Positions 11,218 through 21,680 of a stretch of DNA of 64,000 nt are shown one piece after another. Source of the stretch: Folioceros fuciformis (lineage: Eukaryota); NCBI GenBank assembly GCA_049999805.1, contig JBNGIO010005847.1, positions 76,274-140,273 on the forward strand, in the 5' to 3' direction. A program made the translations under genes and the position numbers. Position 1 is the first letter of the stretch, and each line of letters opens with the position of its first letter. The notes beneath the pieces are model-generated. The model was not told the DNA's origin and ran no database searches. It worked only from the letters and a program-made list of their open reading frames with translations.

Positions 11218-13084
11218 TTAATGTGGGAAGGATCCGACAAGGCGCAATTTCGGGACGTACTTGTTCAAAAGGGGCTCCTTCAATGCAGAGTCGCCAGTAG
11301 ACGGCTTCTCAATTGACGGTAAACACCTTTGCTCGTGTAACATTCTCGACTGGACTTTACCCCAGGTGATGAGATAGAGCCCCAACAGCACCAACAACGC
11401 CCCCAAGACACTGCACTCCAAACACGACTTCTCTGAATCAGCACAAAGCTGGGTAGGTAAGGGAAAAATTGCAATAAACTTGAGTGCTTGAACATGCCTT
11501 CCCAAGTAGACAACGTCGCCGAGAAAGAGAAGGCCAAACAAAGCTGATACAACTGGCTGCAAGGGAATATATGCCCCCACCAGGAAAGGTCCACTTCGTT
11601 GGAAGCACCATGTGTTAAGTGCGAAGTTCAGTCCAGATGCCATTGCGCCCTGCAGAGACACGAATCACAGTACAGAAACGAGATAGGTCACTGTACTCAG
11701 TGACTCGGCAAAAGGAGAGACAGTGCACCAGCAGAATAACCTTCGTCAGAATGTCTACCGACGAGACCTGTAATTCTAGCTAAACTCACCGCATACGTGA
11801 TGGAAGCAATGTCAAGGCGGCTGGTTACGATCCAGGCATTGGTATCTTGTACCGTGAGCAATCCCGTCACGATTAGGAAAATAGTTCCGAAGAACATAGC
11901 AATAGCTGTTTCAGAGAGAGGTGCGGGATATCTTGACAGAATCGGAGCCTGCAACAAGGAAAGGCGGGTCAAATGCTTCAGCTGTCACAGGTTCTTGGGC
12001 TGCAGCCACACAGTAGTCGTGTGGGATCTACGTGAGCACCTCAAAGAAAAATCACTGCTTCTACCTGCAAGTTTACATATATTCCCATACACAAGGTGTT
12101 GGCAATGAGACAAGCAGAGCCGAACTGCCAGGGTGTTATGCCCAACTCCGACAACTTTGAACCAATGAAAGTGGAAGTGTAAAGAGCCAGTTTCTCCGAT
12201 TGTGCATGAAGCAGCTCGGTTGATTCAGATCCCAGCACAATTGGGCCCATGTAAAAAGTCATGAGCACGGCACCAGATAGAGAAGACAAAACACCGAGAA
12301 CCTTGGCCTGTCCATCTCGCCTTTTGATACATACTTCCTCAATCCTGACATGACGCTCAATAGTCAGCTCTCGTGGATAGTCATCACTAACACAGCAAAA
12401 CGGAGGCTCATTTTCACGGTTACCTGAAGAGAAAAGCAAACAGAAACGTAAACATCGGAGTTGCAATCTGCACTGCCGCGGCATACGCTGTGGAGGTGAG
12501 AGCCAGCCCGGTGAGAAAGAAGACCTGGTTTCCAAAGATTCTGGTGCAGCCAGCAAGCATGCAACACGACATAAGTACCAAATTGTTCCGAGCCACCAAC
12601 GAGCCCGAGTGCACCACAAAGAGAACCAAGCAGCGCACCCCGTGAACCCCGAAATAAACAGAAGCAGCCAGACGTAGCTCGTCAAGCGCGTTCTCTCCCC
12701 CCTGCAACAAGAAAGACAGACCGCATTGAACATTCGGAGCAAGAAATTGAAGACTGGCGCAGCGCAATGCACCGTGCCATGCAGATTGCAGACTGAAGGC
12801 TGAGGCGAGACGAATCGAAGCAAATGGCACAACCTGGACTAGTTCAGAGGATAGTCAGCACCGTACTTCTCCAGAAAGTATCCGAACCCTGCCACCAGAG
12901 TCACTCCGATGATATTCCGGTAGACGGCGAACACAAACCGGTCCACACCGTTGCTGAGCGCGGCCTTGGTGAGAACATAGTATCCCGCAGCGCCGAGCTG
13001 GGTGATGACAAGCGCCACATGCACCTTCCAAATGCCGCCATCCATCCACTGGCCCGCGCGGTTGCGAGGAGGCGCCATGGCCAT
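11218..13084 (-). CDS. WAT1-related / UMAMIT (EamA, nodulin MtN21) transporter, multi-exon
   Basis: KVHVALVITQLGAAGYYVLTKAALSNGVDRFVFAVYRN, IFGNQVFFLTGL, AKVLGVLSSLSGA, LSRYPAPLS, GPFLVGAYIPLQPV, LGLYLITWGK, and a C-terminal LKEPLL dileucine-type motif. Confidence 0.93.
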
Positions 13085-14550
13085 CGCGAAGCTTAGGCTT
13101 AAGCTCTGGAGCTCACGCTCGACCGCGACCTCGCTCGCACGGTCACTGGTACACTCTGCCGCGACGCCTGCACTGGCACAATGCGCGGTGGTCACGAGTC
13201 GAACGATTCGCGTCTTTCGTCTCCCTTGAACTTTGTGTGTGTCAGAGCGGCCCAGATGCGGTACAGCCGGTTACGCTCCACCACAATTTGGGGTGGGGTG
13301 GTCATGCTTTGGCTGTGTGTGGCATGCAACAAAATGAGGTCGCAGTCGAGCCGTCGAACCCAGTCAAAGCGTCCAGGTGCTGGCTCCAGCGTCCCATAAT
13401 TAAATATAGAATGTTTCTTCTTCTCCCACCCTTCAAAAAAAGCTACGGAACAACATGACAAATCCCTCTCACACGTGTCCTTCACGTATTGATCTCCCGC
13501 GTCTTTTCACACGAGCTGCCCTCATTGGCCTCATTGGATGGGTTCCGGACATTTCCCCATTTTTTTAAGACAAAGAACATCATATCGCTACCCGACAAAA
13601 AAATGTTTGTTCGCTTGGACTGTTGCGTCTGGCACGTCGCCAACGGAACATCCTTCGGAATTGAAATACAGACATATGCATGTAACTGGGCAGGATGACA
13701 CCACTCCGGGAAGCCTTTCAATCCTAACGCTATGAGAGGAGTCTTCATACACGACGGAGTCGTAAAGTTAGATTCTTCTTTAAGAAATTTTATTGTGAAC
13801 AAATTTTCCCCGGGTCCGCAGTCCCTTGGAGCTCCAATGGGGCCACGGCCTCCAGTCTTTACAAGGCATTAATATGGGACCCACACTGGGCTTTTGGCAT
13901 TTTTTGTTCATATTTTCTACACGGTCCTCGCAATTTTTTACATACTACCCCTTTTTCCTTTTATGTTTTGTGCACCGTCCTAATATCTCTTTCTTTGTCA
14001 TTTATAGCTAGTTTTGGAGGGCTTTGGTATGGCTATGCATCTATGCTTTTTAAATGGTATTAGCAACTTTCAACCATAGGTTGAAAGTGTCCCTTCAAGG
14101 TGAAAGAGCTTGAAGTTGGTTTCATGCATCTCATATTATGGCCTTCTTTTGATAGTGGGTGGGCATTACTCTTCAATGGGTGCTGGTAAACAAGATTTAC
14201 GGAATGATAAGCTAGTGTAGAGAAGGTAGCATGAGCATCTCATTTCGGTGATAAGTTGACCCATTTTATAGCGTTACACACGATGGCTTTGGGGTCTAAT
14301 CCTTTTCTGTTCGAATGCTTTCGCGGTTTAATTTCCTCTTCCTCGAAGCAAATAGGTCTTCCGTCTTGTTTCTTAAGAAAGTTTGTTTTGCATAGAATGG
14401 GACATCGATGTAAATAGACCAACAAGATTATGACTTGTCGTGAACTCGAGTCAGGCACAACTTGTCTTGGGCTCTGACTTTGTTTGCCGTCGATAGCTGT
14501 TTTCGGAGCTGTTTTCGATAAGCTGTGCGCAACATTGCGCAAGACTTGGT

Positions 14551-16755
14551 ATGGTCTTCCATGTGCTGAACTCAGCCCGCGAGCGACAAGGGGTGTGCAC
14601 GGAGATGGCGAGCTTCACGCGGACACGGTCACCTCGGCTAAGATGTGGGGCGAAGGTGGTCTTTGTCGCGATTCTTTACGTGCTGGTCGGATGGGCTTTA
14701 TGGTTTCCTGGTGGAGCCCATGTTCATCTTACAGCTGGTCAGCTGGCATCTTCGATTTGGAGGGCTCCTGGGAGGGACGTCGACAGCGGGTGTAGCGCAT
14801 GGAAAGATGAACATTCACAGAGTAGGGGATCCGGAGACGGTGCAGACAGGGGTTTGGAGTACGAAGATCCACAGCTTGGTCATCCCCGTCCCTCCTATGA
14901 TGAGTCCGAGTATCGCGACCTGCCTGGCGAGGAGGACTCCGTCTTCCGAGCTGATGGGAATGAAGTCGAGGGCTCAGCTTCGCCATGGAGACTGTGCAGC
15001 TGGGATGGTGCAGAAGACTATATCCCCTGCCATCGAAACGGGGCTCTGGCCGCGAGTAACGGCAGCGGTGGTCGATCTAGCTTGCTGCCCGGCGCGTCTG
15101 ACGTGTACAGCCACTGCCGTGGGGCAGAGGTGATGTCCGTGGCCCAATGCCTCGTGCCGGTGCCGGAGAAGTACAAGACGCCCCTCCGCTGGCCGATGAG
15201 TCGAGAAGCCGTCTGGTACCATAACGTTCCTCATGAGCAGGGGGGTTATGACAGGGACGAGGTGAGTTTCTTCTCGGTGGCTACACGACATGACGATTTT
15301 CTTGCCTTCCCGTTCCCATACTTCGACCGGAGGTCGTACAAGGGAGCTCATCCTGCCACGTACATCGATCTGGTTGAGAAGAGCAAGCCCGAGGTTGCGT
15401 GGGGCAACCGGACTCGCGTTGTGCTGGATGTTGGCGGCGGTGCTGGGAGCCTCGGAAGCTACTTGTTTGATCGGGATGCCATCACCATGTCCACGTTTGC
15501 ATTAACGCGTGCGTCCACCTCGTACGAGACTCAGGTATACTTGCTACTTGCATCCTGGTGATGGATAGGATTGCATCCATCCCTGTGTCTGAACAGGGAG
15601 TGTAGCGTGGTAACGTCTAGCTCCTCCATGTCGTGAATCACAGCCATTGCCGTACATGATCCAGATTCTTGTGTCTCCTGGATGTAGATAGCGTTGGAAA
15701 GAGGAGTTCCGGCAGTCTCAACTGACATCACGACCCAGAGGCTCCCCTTTCCCAGCAACGTGTACGACCTTGTTAACTGTGCTCGGTGTGCTGTGGAATG
15801 GAATGAAGACGACGGCAGGCTTCTGCTCGAGGTGGACAGACTTCTCCGGCCGGGTGGATACTTCGTCTGGTCGGCAAAGGCTGTGTACAAACAAGATACG
15901 GAGAGGCGGCAGGCGACCTGGGCCACCATGGTCAGTCTTGCAGCAAGCATGTGCTGGACGTTGCAAGCGAAAGCCACGAATTCCAAGCGCAGGTTTGGTA
16001 TTGCAGTCTTCCAGAAGAGCAGCAGCAACGAGGAATGCTTACAGAGCAGGGCCAGCAGGCTGCAAAAGTCCGAGAAGTTCGCGCCCATCTGCACCCACCA
16101 GGATCCCGGCCCCGACGCAGCATGGTACACCGCGGTCCAGCCCTGCATATACCCAGTTCCCAAGCTGGGCGCAGCGCGGCCCGCAGCGTGGCCCGCCCGC
16201 CTGGTCGCAGCCCCTGCCGGAGTCGACCCGACGGACTTTCTGGAAGACACGATGCGTTGGGCCTGGATCGTGGAGCACACGTACACGAGGGAGCTGCTGA
16301 TCGACTGGGCGGCAGTGCGGAACGTGATGGACATGGGCGCGGGATATGGGAGCTTTGCTGCGGCGCTCGTCGAGCACCCCGTCTGGGTGATGAACGTCGT
16401 GGATCCCATCAGCTCGTCCGACACCCTCCCAGTTATCTTCCAGCGGGGGCTGGTGGGAATATATCACGACTGGTGCTTACCTTTCAGCACGTTCCCGAGG
16501 ACCTACGATCTGGTGCATGCAGACCATGTTCTGTCCAGGCTGCAGAGAAGGTGTTCCCTGGAGCACGTGGTGGTGGAACTGGATCGGATAATGAGGCCTG
16601 GCGGCTGGCTGGTTGTGAGGGACCTGCACCAGCTGCTGGACAACAAGCTATGGCCGTTGCTGGAATCGTTGCACTGGGACGTCGTGTTTTCCTTCGTGCA
16701 GGAACCAAACATGCTTTTGGCTGCGAGAAAGACGAGGTGGAGGCCTGGAATGTGA
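14551..16755 (+). CDS. Probable Golgi SAM-dependent methyltransferase, PMT (Methyltransf_29) family, 2 exons
   Basis: N-terminal TM anchor, then EDYIPC, CLVPVP..YKTPLRWPMSR, VLDVGGG, IALERGVPA, LLLEVDRLLRPGGYF, RNVMDMGAGYGSFAAAL and FSTFPRTYDLVHA. GT-AG intron 15535-15687. Confidence 0.93.
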
Positions 16756-16907
16756 CGATCCAGAAGGGTGTTCAGGTCTCACATTGTTGTTCCGAGCCTT
16801 AGGGAAGATGGGGGAGATGAGCCCGGAGCAGCTTCTTGCGAGAAGAGAACTTCTGAATGTGACTCAGTGGAATATCGTACTCTGTGCTCTTGTAGGTTAG
16901 TGGAGTT

Positions 16908-19900
16908 TCACTTAGGGTTTAGGTTGAGATTTGGCACCTGATGGTCCGGACTGTGGTCTTCTCTTGACGAACTTAGCACTTGACCTTGGTTTCGAGAGGA
17001 GGGTAGAGGTGGTATCGTCCGATCCCCAGCCACAAAACAATGCACCAGGCCATCCATGTCTGTCCACCAGCTCTGGCCTGCCTCCTTCCAGGCCCCTATT
17101 CCTCTTCTCCAGGTCTGAATCTCCTGTGCCTGCTGCCACATCTCGACACCAGCGTAGATGTTTGACATCAACACGTATGCTGCTGAGTCTTTCTTGTCTA
17201 ACTTCAATGCTTCATCGAAGGCGTGGAGTCCCACATCCGTGTCCCTCCACTTCTGACAAGCACCTAACAGAGTGTGCCACACCGCAGAGTCAGGAGGTAC
17301 TGGCATTGTCCTTGCGAGATGCAGTGCTTCGTGCAGGTGCCCTGCACGGCCGAGGAGATCCACCATGCACGTGTAGTGCTCCACAGAGGGACTGATGCCG
17401 CAGAGCTTCATAGCCTGGAAGTATTCCCGCCCAACGGTGACTAGACCTGTGTGGCTGCATACTGTTAGGACGCTGAGGAATGTGCTACCAGATGGTTCCC
17501 TGGCATCCTCTTTTACTCTGTGAAATAAGTCCAAGACTGCATCACTGTTTCCTTGACGTGCGAAGCCTGCAATCAGTGCATTCCAGGTGACAATATCTCT
17601 TTGGGGCAAGGAATCAAACGCTTGCTGTGCATCGACCATGCTACCGCATTTTCCATACATGTCTATCAGAGCGCTGGCTACAACAACGTCGGATTGGAGG
17701 CCTTGTTGTGTGATCTGTGCATGAAGCTCCCTTCCCAGATGTAAGGCCGCCACTTCGGCACATGCCTGCAGGAGGCACACATATGTTACGGAATCGGGTG
17801 CAGCCTTGCCTTCTCGTTGCATAAGCCTGTAGAGACCAAGAGCTTCCTGCGCCATACCCTGCTGGGAATGTCCTGCGATCATGGCGTTCCATGTTCCCAC
17901 GTGTTTTTGGGGAAGCCCGTGAAACACATTCCATGCATCTTGGAGACTGCCACACTTGGCATACATGTGCACCAAACTGCTGGCGACAACCACATCCACT
18001 TCATGGCCCCATCCTCTGATTTGTGCATGAAGCTGCTTTCCTGTCTCCAAAGCCGAAGGGCCCATATTTGCACATGCTTGAAGGAGACTCACAAAAGTCA
18101 CTGCATTGGGTGTGACCGTGCCTCCTTCTTGCATCGCGCTGTAAAGAGAAAGGGCATCCTGACCCCTGCCCTGCTGGGAGTACCCTGCTACCATGGCACT
18201 CCATGTCACCACATTTTTTTCTTCCAGACCATCGAACACGGCCCGAGCGTCCTCTATGCTGCCACACTTGGCATACATGTTTAAAAGACTGCTTGCGACA
18301 AACAAATCGGCCTGAAGCCCTTGTTTACTAATTTGTGCATGAAGCTGCCTCCCGGTCTCCAAGGTGCTGGTGCCGCCACTTGCACATGCCTGCAGAAGAC
18401 TCACAAATGTCCCAGAACCCAGTCCATTGATGTCATAGTCTTGCATAGCACCGTAGAGACGTAGAGCATTGTGCCACATGCCCTGTCGGGAATATCCTGC
18501 TATCATGGCATTCCAAGACAGGACACTTTTCTGTCCAAGCAGGTCAAATAGTCCCTCTGCATCGACAAGGCTGCCGCACTCTGCATACATGTATACCAAA
18601 CTGTTCGCAACAGACTCGTCGGCCTGAAGCCCCTGTGCTCTAATCTGGGCGTGCAGCTGCCTCCCTTTCTCCAAAGCCGGGGTACCCACGCTTGCACATG
18701 CGTGTAGGAGAGTCACAAACATTACAGAATTGGGTGCAAGAGCGCCTTGTTCCTGCATTTCCGTGTAGAGACCAAGGGCTTCCTGGCCCATGCCCTGCTG
18801 GGAATAGCCTGCAATCAAGGCACTCCACGTCACCACATTTTTCTGACCAAGCCCGACAAACACCCTCTGCGCGTCCTCTAGGCTGCCGCACTTCCCATAC
18901 ATGTTTATCAAACTGTTGGCTACGAACAGATCATCCTGAAGACCTTGTTCTCTGACCAGAGCATGAAGCTGCTTTCCCTTCTCCAATGCTGAGGTGCCTA
19001 TACTTGCACATGCCTGCAGGAGGGACACAAACGTCCCAGAATTAGGTGTGACAATGCCTTCCTCTTGCATGTCCGCGTAAAGACGAAGAGCATCCTCCCC
19101 CATGTCCGCATGGGAATACCCTGCTATCATGGTATTCCATGTCACAACATTTTTATACACCAGCCCATCAAACACGCCGTGTGCATCCTCTAGGCTCCCG
19201 CACTTTGCGTACATATTGACCAAGCTGTTGGCCACAAACAAGTCACCCTGAAGGCCCTGCTCTCTGATTTGTGCATGGAGCTGCTTCCCATTGTCCAAAG
19301 CCAGAGTGCCCACAATTGCACATGCCTGCAGAAGGGGCACAAAGGTCACGGAATTAGGAGCACTCACACATTCTTCTCGCATGGCAATGAGAAGCTGAAG
19401 GGATTGCAGGCCTTTGCCATTCTTGGAATATCCCGCTATCAACGCATTCCACGTTCCCACATCTTTCTTAGACATTCCATCAAACACACCCTGAGCATCC
19501 TCTAGGCTCCCACACTTCGCATACATGTCAACCAAGCTGTTCGCTAGACACACATCAGCCTGAAGCCCTTGTTCTCGAATCAGCGCATGAAGCTGCTTGC
19601 CCTTCTCTAAACCGGTGGTGCCCAAACTTCCACACGCTTGCAAGACGGACACAAATGTCACAGCATTGGGTGCAGACATACCTTCCTCTTGCATAGCACT
19701 GAGAAGATTAAGAGCTTTTAGCTCCATGCCCGACTGGGAATATCCTGCGACCATAGCATTCCAGGTCACCACATCTTTCTGAGGAAGCCCATCAAACACG
19801 CGCTGAGCATCCTCTATGCTGCCACACTTGGCATACATGTTTACCAAACTGTTGGCTACAAACGCATCTCCCTCCAGCCCTCGCTCTCTCATGTATGCAT

Positions 19901-21194
19901 GAAGCTGCCTCCCCTTCTCCAAAGCGGGGTGGCCAATACTTGCACAGGCCTGAAGAAGGCAGACAAGCGTCACACCATCAGGTGCGACACTTCCCTCGTA
20001 AAGCATAGCTTGGTGAAGAGCAAGAGCTTCCTGCCCCATGCCGTGTTGTGTATATCCTGCTATCATGGCATTCCAAGAAACCACATTCCTTTCGCCAAGG
20101 CTGTCAAAAACATCCCTAGCGTCCTTCAGGCTGCCACACTTCGAGTACATGTTCACCAGGCTCCCACCTACAACTACATCAGCCTGAAGTCCTCGTTCTC
20201 TAATCTGTGCATGAAGGTGCCTCCCTTCCTCCAAAGCCGGGGTGCCCAAACCAGCACAGGCCTGCAGGAGGGATACAAACGTCACCGAATTGGGTGCAGC
20301 CAGCCCTTCTGCTTGCATTGCACTGTAAAGAAGAAGGGCTTCGTGCCCCATCCCCTTCTGCGCATATCCTGCTATCATCGCACTCCAAGTCACCACATTC
20401 TTCTGACGAAGCCTGTCAAACACGCCTTGGGCTTCTTCCACGCTGCCACACTTCCCATACATGTCCACCAAGCAGCTCGCAACAACCAGATTGGGCTCCA
20501 CCCCACTAGCCAACAAATCAGCATGCACCTGCTGCCCCGCTTCCAAGTCTCTTGCCCTCCCACAGGCCTGAAGGGCTGCAACAAACACATGCGCATCCGG
20601 CTTCACACTCGATCCCCGCATCCGCTGATATAGTTGCACTGCCAGCTTATCCTGCCCATGTTTCACATGAGCAGAGATAATGGCCGACCACGTGAAGGCA
20701 TCCGGCTCGGCAACCATCGTAAACACATCCACAGCTTCCTGCAACCTGCCACGGGACGCATACATTCGCAGGATGTGGTTGCACAGGAACGTATCCGACT
20801 GGTATCCCTTCCTAACGCTGAGAGCATGAGCACGCCGACCCAGGCACAGATCCTTGTTATCCACACAGTTTTTCACAACCGTGTTGAAGAGAAGTTGCGG
20901 AATGCGACAGTCCGTGAGCACCAAGACTCCCAAAGCCTCGACAGCCTCAGCGAGCTGGCCCTGCTGACATAGTCTTCCTACAGTCTCAGCAGTTGCCCGC
21001 CTTTCATATCCTACAGGCCATCGATGCTCATGATGATCCACCACGATCCACTTAGACGGAGAGGCCCGACAAACTACTTGCATGGTGCATAAAGGAAGAG
21101 CAGCCAGCTGCACATGTGCCTGAGATGCTTTGCTGAAGATGTCGGGCCGCAGGACCTCGTGGGATGGCGATTCCCCTGAGATGGTAGCACGCAT
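16908..21194 (-). CDS. PLS-class pentatricopeptide repeat protein (~35 motifs, E1/E2, WW-type PG-box, no DYW deaminase core)
   Basis: Single-exon 1428-aa ORF with 11 S-motifs (mostly MY[AGS]KCGS) in P-L-S triplets, then P2-L2-S2 (EHYTCMVDLLGRAG), E1/E2 (AYVLMSNIYA) and KEAGQSWWTDMDGLVHCFVAGD. No HxE or CxxC. Confidence 0.97.
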   Translation of the reverse strand: MRATISGESPSHEVLRPDIFSKASQAHVQLAALPLCTMQVVCRASPSKWIVVDHHEHRWPVGYERRATAETVGRLCQQGQLAEAVEALGVLVLTDCRIPQLLFNTVVKNCVDNKDLCLGRRAHALSVRKGYQSDTFLCNHILRMYASRGRLQEAVDVFTMVAEPDAFTWSAIISAHVKHGQDKLAVQLYQRMRGSSVKPDAHVFVAALQACGRARDLEAGQQVHADLLASGVEPNLVVASCLVDMYGKCGSVEEAQGVFDRLRQKNVVTWSAMIAGYAQKGMGHEALLLYSAMQAEGLAAPNSVTFVSLLQACAGLGTPALEEGRHLHAQIRERGLQADVVVGGSLVNMYSKCGSLKDARDVFDSLGERNVVSWNAMIAGYTQHGMGQEALALHQAMLYEGSVAPDGVTLVCLLQACASIGHPALEKGRQLHAYMRERGLEGDAFVANSLVNMYAKCGSIEDAQRVFDGLPQKDVVTWNAMVAGYSQSGMELKALNLLSAMQEEGMSAPNAVTFVSVLQACGSLGTTGLEKGKQLHALIREQGLQADVCLANSLVDMYAKCGSLEDAQGVFDGMSKKDVGTWNALIAGYSKNGKGLQSLQLLIAMREECVSAPNSVTFVPLLQACAIVGTLALDNGKQLHAQIREQGLQGDLFVANSLVNMYAKCGSLEDAHGVFDGLVYKNVVTWNTMIAGYSHADMGEDALRLYADMQEEGIVTPNSGTFVSLLQACASIGTSALEKGKQLHALVREQGLQDDLFVANSLINMYGKCGSLEDAQRVFVGLGQKNVVTWSALIAGYSQQGMGQEALGLYTEMQEQGALAPNSVMFVTLLHACASVGTPALEKGRQLHAQIRAQGLQADESVANSLVYMYAECGSLVDAEGLFDLLGQKSVLSWNAMIAGYSRQGMWHNALRLYGAMQDYDINGLGSGTFVSLLQACASGGTSTLETGRQLHAQISKQGLQADLFVASSLLNMYAKCGSIEDARAVFDGLEEKNVVTWSAMVAGYSQQGRGQDALSLYSAMQEGGTVTPNAVTFVSLLQACANMGPSALETGKQLHAQIRGWGHEVDVVVASSLVHMYAKCGSLQDAWNVFHGLPQKHVGTWNAMIAGHSQQGMAQEALGLYRLMQREGKAAPDSVTYVCLLQACAEVAALHLGRELHAQITQQGLQSDVVVASALIDMYGKCGSMVDAQQAFDSLPQRDIVTWNALIAGFARQGNSDAVLDLFHRVKEDAREPSGSTFLSVLTVCSHTGLVTVGREYFQAMKLCGISPSVEHYTCMVDLLGRAGHLHEALHLARTMPVPPDSAVWHTLLGACQKWRDTDVGLHAFDEALKLDKKDSAAYVLMSNIYAGVEMWQQAQEIQTWRRGIGAWKEAGQSWWTDMDGLVHCFVAGDRTIPPLPSSRNQGQVLSSSREDHSPDHQVPNLNLNPK

Positions 21195-21680
21195 TTGGCA
21201 ATCTACAGAACTTCAGAAAGGCCTTGGGGCAGAATATTTACCCCATACTGACGCTGAAACAATATTGCGCAAGTCTGCAATAAGTACGGGACTCCCTACC
21301 CTGAAATGCACGTTATTCTTCAGCACTTGGCAAATATTGACAGTCGTTCTCCATGCGTCTGATGCGTGTGTCGTCGACTCGCATGACACGAACCGAACTT
21401 CCTTTAGAGGCAGGCCTATACGGCATTAACTTGCCACCCCGTTCTCCTCGAGCGTCAAAGGGAGTACAGAGATGCTGGAGATGAGCCCCAAGGATCCAGC
21501 GGTGAACCATACGAAGAGTTAAACGAGAACAGCCGAGGCAGAGGCCGTGCTGTACTCACTGCATCCAAGAAATCCTAGAACTCTTAATGCGCTCCCAGAG
21601 GATCAGCAGCTGAGTCGATGCCATCCCGGTACCCTTGCTCCTGGGGCAGTGGATATGGGACACGGCTTGTGGAATTAGAA

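Noticed and set aside
16780..16870. 'SHSEVL...APGSSPPSSLRL' downstream of the PPR stop as a possible decayed DYW HSE motif
   Set aside because: It lies beyond the PPR stop codon, no CxxC follows, and the similarity is too short to separate from chance.
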